Shown: positions 55,474 through 63,500 of the stretch, one piece after another
How the letters are laid out: each line of letters begins with the position of its first letter
Numbering within the stretch: position 1 is the first letter of the stretch
Source of the DNA: a virus
Length of the DNA stretch: 64,000 bases
Virus record (IMG/VR): IMGVR_UViG_3300047388_000220
Location: 4,975-68,974 of that record
Reading direction: 5' to 3' (one strand)
The notes under the pieces: model-generated
The model's database searches: none
What the model was told of the DNA's origin: nothing
What the model saw: only the letters and a program-made list of their open reading frames with translations
Translations under genes and position numbers: made by a program

Positions 55474-56968
55474 TCGGGCCTGAGTTGGCCGCGATCTCTT
55501 TCTCCATCCTCCAGCGCATCACCGCGATCGAGCGCTGATCTACCCCGGCCTCGATTAGCTTCTGTATCTTCTCCTCGTTCACGATCTCCTCCGGCTTCTT
55601 GTCGCCGGTAAAGAACGTGTTTGTGTATAGGTCGCAATCGAGGCAATCGTCTAACTCATCGCCCTTGACCTTGAGGATGGCGCCCGGCTTGTCTGGATCA
55701 TGCTTTCGGCTGGTCAGCGATTCGAAGCTCCGCGGAACCATGTCGGTCAGAATGAATTCCCTCCGCGATAGTCTTCCGCTCAACGACTGCGCGTTGCCGA
55801 TACTGTCCTTGGCTGCGCTCACGAGGGCCAGGTCGTATTGATCGAATACCGCCTGGATCAATTCGCGGTTACTCTTGCCGGTCCCGACGTGAGCATCCAT
55901 CGCGGGGTCGCAATATCCGGTCACGATCCTGGTCCGCCGGCCGTTGATCTCGCGAGAGAGGAACTTCCGGCCGATGTGGTGTGCGTACTCCTCTGAGGGC
56001 ATCTTCCGTTCGATGTCCTCAGCTATCTTAAACATGCGATTGCTTTCGTTCATGAAGTAGAGGCCGGTTGCGGCGGCCGAGTTTGAGAATCCGTAGTCCA
56101 TGACGATCATGTGCTGATGCCACCATTGCTCGCCGCACTCGGAGTACGGGAAGATGTAGCTCTCATTGAGGAACGGGAAGAAGGCGCCCTCGGTGTGGCA
56201 CCAGCAGCCCTCGAGCAGTTTCTTCCGCACATCTGCGGTCTGCGAGAGTAGCATGCCCCGCTTGCGCTCGTCGTACATTGGATTCTCAGAGAGCTTCGCA
56301 GGAATGAAACAAGTGGTCAGCATGACGGGGCCGTCGTCGCTGCTCCACCTTGCGCCGGCATAAACCGCGCACGGCTTGACCGATTTCTCAGGATGGCACA
56401 CAGGACAATTCCCATTCAGGAAGAGGCGCATGAGCCAGGGCGTCGATGGGTTCGCGGTCAGGCGAATGCGGTCCCTGAGACCGTACTCCGGCGGCGTCGA
56501 GACCCATGGAAACAACTCGCGAACGCGCTTCTCTGTTTGGAATTGCGCTTCATCGATGCCGAGCCAGGAGATAGGCTTGCCGGTGTAGAGTTCAAGATCC
56601 TTGTCGGCCGCCATGTATCCCAGGCGCATGAGTGCGCCAGACGGGAAACGCCACAACTTGCCGCCGTCAGACTTGCGACCACCCAAAGGGAGATAGATTT
56701 TCTCCATCTCGTCCATGATGTTGGTCATTTCGGTGTACGACTTCCGGAGCAGGATGCCGCGGAAATTGGGATTGTCGTACTCCTGGGCGGAGTCTGCGAC
56801 AAGCACGTTGCTTTTGCCGCCGCCAGACTGGCCGCCGAATAAGACTAACTGCGCGCGGCACTCGAGGAACGTCGCTTGCGCCTGGTTTACCGGCCTCCAG
56901 CCAGCGACCTCAGACAGATTCGCCGGGAGATCGACGAATCCGCGATCTTCTAAAAGGATTAGAGCCAC
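55427..56968 (-). CDS. terL: Terminase large subunit
   Basis: Walker A GGQSGGGKS; Walker B WLGIDEA; LTANP coupling motif; nuclease MDYGFS, YCDPA, DDCLDC. Confidence 0.93.
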   Translation of the reverse strand: MALILLEDRGFVDLPANLSEVAGWRPVNQAQATFLECRAQLVLFGGQSGGGKSNVLVADSAQEYDNPNFRGILLRKSYTEMTNIMDEMEKIYLPLGGRKSDGGKLWRFPSGALMRLGYMAADKDLELYTGKPISWLGIDEAQFQTEKRVRELFPWVSTPPEYGLRDRIRLTANPSTPWLMRLFLNGNCPVCHPEKSVKPCAVYAGARWSSDDGPVMLTTCFIPAKLSENPMYDERKRGMLLSQTADVRKKLLEGCWCHTEGAFFPFLNESYIFPYSECGEQWWHQHMIVMDYGFSNSAAATGLYFMNESNRMFKIAEDIERKMPSEEYAHHIGRKFLSREINGRRTRIVTGYCDPAMDAHVGTGKSNRELIQAVFDQYDLALVSAAKDSIGNAQSLSGRLSRREFILTDMVPRSFESLTSRKHDPDKPGAILKVKGDELDDCLDCDLYTNTFFTGDKKPEEIVNEEKIQKLIEAGVDQRSIAVMRWRMEKEIAANSGPITLGRPSLNRANIRR

Positions 56969-57523
56969 TTAGAAACTCTTCCAAGGGTCGTCCGGCTCTG
57001 CCTCGATTGTTGGCGAAGTATGCTGAACGGGCCTTTGCGTGATAACTTGCCGAGTCTCGGTGATTTGGTGGGTCAGGATGATCTGCTCCGCCGGCCGGTA
57101 GATTCTCGGCGCCTCCTGCGGTGCAGGTCCGCTTGATGCGTCGGGGACGAAGTTGCCGTCCAGCAGCAGCCCAACCCGTTTGTACCCCATCTCGATTGCA
57201 TTGACCTTCGGGGTGGCCAGGCTGGGGGTCGCCTCAAGTATCTTCCGCGGAATGGTGATGACCTGCTTCAAGTTGGAATCGAGCATTTCAACGTGGATAG
57301 TCCGCTTTTTGACGATCTGCTTGGCAAGCTCCGCCTCAATGGGCTGGCTGCGCCTGGTGATCTCATCGTGGACCGCCTTGCGTCGATAGAGCCAAGCACC
57401 ATCTTTCGACGGATACCCAGCCTCGATCGCTGCTTTGCCGATGTCGCGGCAGGAGATATAGGCGTCGACGAAGCGTAACTCCTGGGCTGAGAGGGGTAGA
57501 GCTATCTGCGGTTGTGTGTCCAT
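56969..57523 (-). CDS. terS: Terminase small subunit (start revised to MDTQPQ)
   Basis: LSAQELRFVDAYISCRDIGKAAIEAGY HTH typical of TerS; abuts terL. Confidence 0.8.
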   Translation of the reverse strand: MDTQPQIALPLSAQELRFVDAYISCRDIGKAAIEAGYPSKDGAWLYRRKAVHDEITRRSQPIEAELAKQIVKKRTIHVEMLDSNLKQVITIPRKILEATPSLATPKVNAIEMGYKRVGLLLDGNFVPDASSGPAPQEAPRIYRPAEQIILTHQITETRQVITQRPVQHTSPTIEAEPDDPWKSF

Positions 57524-57524
57524 T

Positions 57525-60500
57525 TTACGCTCCGCCTCCGCCGGTTGCCGGTGCGGGCGCCTGGTCGGCCTGCCCCATGGCCTTGTCAAAGGCTGCCTGC
57601 ATCTCGTCGCGCCTCCGGTCATCCATGATTTTATCGATGTCTCGCTCGTGGCGGGCGAGAATTGGCTCAATCGCTTCCCGCTCGTCGGCGCTCGCCTTCT
57701 GCCATACGTTGAGCATCTGCTCGATATGGCCATCCGCCGCCAAGCGGTTGAACGCGCGCGCGATCGGAACCTCGTCCGATTCCCGCTCCGCCCGGTTCAC
57801 ATCGCGGTCCGTGACCTTGCCCTCGTCGAGAAACCTGTCGATCAGTTTCTGGTCGATGTCATTGGTGCGGTACATGCGGACGATGGCGTCCATGGCTTTG
57901 TAGTGAGCATCCTGCTCCGCCGTCTTCGTCCCGGGCGGGCGGTTCTCCATGGAATACTCCCGCGCCGCATTCATGGCCGGCGAGTTCTGAATGTAGCTCG
58001 GGGCCCGCTGGAACCCCAGTTGGCCGAGAGCCATGTCGCCGGGGTGCTTCATCGCCTCCTGGAGCATCGAGCCGAGGCTATCCTCGGCACCGCGCTGCTC
58101 GAGTAGTTTGGCCGCACTTGAGAACGAGAACGGAATAAGTTGCTTGCCAGCCCACTCCGCCACTTCGCCAATCTGCTGGAACGCGGTATCGTCCTTGTGC
58201 CGGATCTCGGTCCCGTAGAAGTCCTTGTTCTGGAGCATCTCGGAGGTAGCCTCCCAGAGCGGGCCGAGCTTGTTGGCGACCGTGGTCAGTGGGCTGTGGC
58301 TGAAGGCGAACACATCTTTCATGTACCCCGGGATGTTGAGATAGGTTCCGTCTGTATTCTTGAGATAGAAATAGTCTTTATACGTCTTGGGGCCCTCTCC
58401 GGTGCGCAGGTAGTTATAGCCTGCCCCGATGTATCCAACAGCCATCGGAAGCGCCAGAGCGAACGCCAGAGCCGGCGTAAGGCGTGGTTTCTTGCCCTGG
58501 AGGACACTGCCGGCGCCGCGGGCCAGTCCCTTCGATGCTTCGAACGCTTCCCGGTAACTGCCATAATTCCAGCCGACCGAGCGGGTTGCGACCTGGGCCA
58601 GATCGCGGACCGCCTTATTCCAGAACAGATTCTCGTAAACCATCTGGCCGGCGCGGTTGTCTACCGAGTCCCATGCTTCATCGAGCCTTCCACGCAACTG
58701 CTCGTGCGTGATCCGGCCCTTGTCGGCCTCGTCGATGATGTCGTGCGCCATCCCGTAGAAGATGCCGAACTTCATCCGTGGCACATAGTATTCCATCACC
58801 GGTGAGATCAGCCCATGGAGCACGGCGCCGGGGGCCTGCGACAGCCCCTTGAGGATAGCGCCATTGCGGAACGAGTTTACAGCCTTACGGAATGGATGGA
58901 TGGCGACCGTGTTCATCTTGGCCCGGCCGCCGGCGATGGCTACCGCTTCCGCCTCGCGCGCGAGTTTAGCGTACTTGCCTGGGTCAAGGTATTCCTGCAT
59001 CAGTCGGTGGCCGTTGCGGACCGTGTTGAAGATCGAGAGCGGAAGCAGGGCCACCCGGCTCAGCGACATGCCAGCCTTTACTGGCTTGCCCTCGCTCAGT
59101 TGCTGGAGACCGAGGGCGACGTCTGACGCCACGCCAACGACCGAGATAGTCGTCGCGTGGAATGCGCTGATCCCCAACTGGAGCGCGTTCATGTTGTCAT
59201 TCAGCCAGCGCAAGGTGTCGTAGACGCTCGACTTGCCGGCCATGCCGCGGGAAACGTAGTTGTTGAATACCTTGGCCGCCTCCGCCTGCGCGAAGTAATA
59301 GCCTCGAATTGTCATTGCCTCGTGTGTGGCGTCCTCTATGTCCTCAGAGAACGCACCCGGATACTTACGCTTGCCGCCTGGGTAGGTCAGCGGCTGGGTC
59401 ACATCCGCGAGCTTATCTTCGTCGAGAACAGTTTCGCGCCCGTAGACGGTGGAAATTCGGTCGTCGAGCTGAGTCCAGCCCTCCGGCTTTTTGGCTCCGA
59501 TTCTGACAAACCGCGCCGTGCCGGCCTGCTTCATGACATCCAGCGTCTGGTGCGCCATTAGGAATTGGGCCATCTCGGCGTACTTCATCAGGAAGGAATC
59601 AACCGGATTCCAGCTTTTCGGCACGAATCCGAGGTCTAGCCCATCTTGCATGGTCGGGATGGTGCGCTTCTTGAGGAATGAGGCTTGGCCGGCCAGGGGC
59701 CGCTTACCGGTGAGCAAGCCCTTGATGTGCGCCGAGACGGTTGAGGGCCGCTCCCAGATGTGGGGGAAGTAGTTCTCGATGTAGTTTTGAAGAACCTCGG
59801 GCTTGAGCTTCTGTAGCTCGTCACGGATTGAATCGAATGCCGCCCTGAAGACATTGGCTAGGGTGACATCTGACGGGCTCAGGCGAGACAGGTCGCCACT
59901 CTCGACGGCATTCCAGAAGCGCTTTGATTCATCGTGGCTCCTGGTCGTCCAGCGCTTCGAGGCATCGCTCAGCTTGTGCACCGCGATCGCTACGCGCCGG
60001 TCCATCTCGCCGCGGGTCTGGCGCATCATGGCTTTCTGCTCGCTCTTGTCGGTCGGCTCGTCCGCTACCCAGTCAACCATGCGCTTCGAAACGTCAGGGA
60101 ACAGGCGCGCGAATACCGCGGGGTTGGCGAATCCGAAGGCGCTGAGAGTGGCGTCTAGGTCTGCGCCGGTACGGGTTCCGGAAGTGGCTCGCTTGCTGGG
60201 GAGGTCTTCTTTTTCTCCTCCGCCAGTACCTGATAAGCCTTTTCGATCCGGCCGTGTCCCGGCCTCGGGGTTATTATCATGTCTTTCTGGTCCCACTTGA
60301 TTTTCGGTATCTCCATGACCGCTCCTCGTTTCTCTGATTACATCTGCTGCCAACTTGGCGAGGTTATCGGCGGCCTGCCCATGTTCCGTGACGAGCCGGG
60401 CGAACTCGCCGGGAACGTGCGCCGCGCGGCGCTGCTCGATGGCGGTCTGAGCGGCTGGTATCTCTTCGGTTTTCGGCGTGGCCTTCGCTCGCGCGGTCGC

Positions 60501-63500
60501 GGAGAATGATGGCTTCGCGGGCGCTGGCTTCTTTTCGGGTAGCGACAAAAGGGTGTACTCGCCAAAAGCAGCCATACGCAAGTTCTCTTGCGTTCCCGCG
60601 CCATTGGCCTTTCGGAAGTCCACTGTGGGGAGCTTGCCCCTTGAAACGGTGAGCGTGTACGTTTCGCCGTCGGTCAGATAACTACCAGGCGGCGCTTTGT
60701 CTACGCGCACCCGCATCCCTGTTTGGAAGTCGGCGGGCCTGATTGGCTTCTCTGCTTGCGGCGCAGGCGCCTTTTCCGGTTGAGTCTCTACGCGCCCGGC
60801 GCTGCTGATACGCATACCCGGATACTTCTCGGCCAGCAACTGCTCAGCGTGGCGACGATTCTCGGCCTCGATTTGGACAGTCTTCGGATGCGGATCGCCC
60901 GCGTACTTCGAGACTTCTGCCTCGTAAGTCTGCAGGGTCGGCTTGGCAGTCAAAGCCTTCCCCTTGAGCTGAACCTCCTCCTTCGTCCCATCCTTCTTCG
61001 AGATGGTCACGGAGTTGACGGTGAACGTCTTGCCGTCGGCCTCAGTCATGCCGGTGTAACGCTTAGCCTCGTCCGGCTTGACGTAGGCGACCGTGGCGTG
61101 AGGCTTGTATTCAGGGAAGTTGCGATCGACAAACAACCCGTGCTTGTCGAGTTCCTTCTCCATGCGGCGCAGGTCGGCCGACTCTACAGGGACGATGATC
61201 GGCGCAGCTCCGTCTGAATGCTCGCTTGGTGGGAATGATGCCGTCTTGCCGAGCGTCGCCTCAAACGGGGCCTGCTTTTCGAGGTACGCGCGGATTCCGG
61301 CTGTGTCGTTGCCGTCGATTCCATACCGCACAGTGATGTGGGCATCGTCGATCAGGCCCTCTCCCATGAGGTCGGCTGGGTCAATCGCCTTTCGGAGCGC
61401 GGCCAGGGCCTTGCCTGCGTCGCTACCAGGAGGAATATCAGCCTGCGTTGAACCATGAGCATGTTTGCCTGGTACTTTGGCATTTACACGTTCCTTACTC
61501 TCGGGTAGATTTGGTTTGTGGACTCCTACCCCTGCACTAACTGCGGTACCCCCGTTCTCCGGAAGCCCTCTCACCGGCAAAGGTCGCCCAACGTCTTTTG
61601 CAGTCACTTGTGCTATAGCCGCCACAATGCGGTCGGCTATATCCATCCCCACGGGTACAGATACTTTAAGATCAACGGCAGGAATTTTGCCGAGCACCGA
61701 CTCGTCATGGAGAAGCACTTGGGCAGACGACTTGAGCCGGGCGAGGTTGTCCACCATATCGACGGGGACAAGCTTAACAACAGCATCGCGAATCTTGAGA
61801 TCATGGAGTTGAGAGATCACATAGTCCATCACAAGCCGTTGAGTTGGGACATCGAACTCGCGAAGACTCTTCTCCGAAGAGGCGACAGCATGGAAAGCGT
61901 CGCGCGCCTCCTCGGGATTCACTACTCCTCCATCAGCACCGCGCTCAAGAGTAGAGGCATTACGCTGGACATGCTCCGCCCCAGAAGGACCTGGAAGAGC
62001 CTTTGATTCTGGCTTCTTTACTTCTTCTTTTTGTTGAGCATCATGCGCTTGCCCGGGCGGTCCGGCTTCGCTGGCGCCTGCTCTGGCAGGTCCATTCCCT
62101 TGCTGCTCTGGTTCCACTCGTCCACTTTCCCCTGGCCGCCCAGCGCTTCCTTCCCTGCCGGGCTGTTGCCCCATCTCATCTGGCGTTTTGATTGGAACGG
62201 CATTTTCTTTTTCTCCTTGTCCTGGTCGATTGTCTGCAACTGTACCGGCAGGCTGCTCTGCGCTGATCCGCTGTTCATCGGGCTTTTGCTCCTTTGCGAG
62301 AGTGCCGTCGAGATCCACATACAAGGCCTTCCCCGCCGGTACGGCCGGCATTTCAAACGGCTTGTCGCTGTTTGTCGGGACGTTGACTTCATTGTCGAGC
62401 AGGCCGCCGAAGTCGTGACCCTTGACGTTCGTCACCGGCAGGTCGCCAAGCCCGTTCGCCTTGAGCCATTCAGCCACCTGAGGATCGGCGGCGCGCGCGG
62501 TGAATATCTTGACCGGCGTTCCCTTGGCGACCGCCTCTTTGATCTGAGCAACACGCTGCGGGAGAGGGGCTCCGAGTGGGGGAGCGGCCTCGGCCGGCTT
62601 CAGGTCACTCCCCTTGACAGTCACCGTCCCATTGGGCGTCTGCACGCTCCAGCGCCCGCCCTGCGAGAAGTTAGGATTCCCGCCCTGGACGGTGCCTGCG
62701 GTGCCGTCGGGCAGGGTTACGGCGGTGCCCTTGGTGAGCTTGGGCACCATCTGTGCACCAATTGGCGTCATGCCGGGCATCGCTGGAACCTGGGGCGCGG
62801 CTGGCTTCTTGGTAGGTCGCTCCTGGACCTTATCGGTCCATAGCCGGTCGCCGAATATCAGCGAAGCGTCGATGTCCACGCTCTTGCCAACTATCGATGG
62901 ATCGACGTCGCCGGGAACGATGATCCGCTCAGTTTTTCCGTTGGGAGTGCGGATCTCCATGATTCTGCTAATCGAAGGCTTCGCAGTTCCAGCCTTGATC
63001 TCGTCAGGTCGCGTGCTATCGGCATACGCGGTCTGCTTTTCTGAGACACTGAGAACCTCGCCATTCAGTGGAAAGTGGCCTTCCCGCTTCTTGGCTGGTG
63101 CCGCCTGCGCGGCTTTCAGTTTCGCCTCGATCTGCGCGCCGAGCTTGTCTACCGTTTTCTGATCCCCCGCCGCCTCCGCCTCTTTCTGCTTCGCGTAGAG
63201 GTCGTCCGTCTCCTTCATCGCGTCGGCCACCGCCGGGGAGGGAACGACCTGCATCTCCGAGACCTGGTTCGGGTCTCCCGGCTTGCCCGTCTGGACGCCG
63301 TACTGCGGGATATTCAGCCCGTTACTGTCGATCTTGTCTTTCGAGACGACGGGGAGCTGGCTCTCTACCGCCTGCTGCAGCGCCGGTACAGCGTCCGGGG
63401 AGGGAGCAACCACCCGCGCGGCGTTGATGTCGGTGATCGTCTCAGGCGCCTTGCCGCGGTCGTCCTTGTTCTCGATCGAGTCCTCAGACTTTACCCTGGG

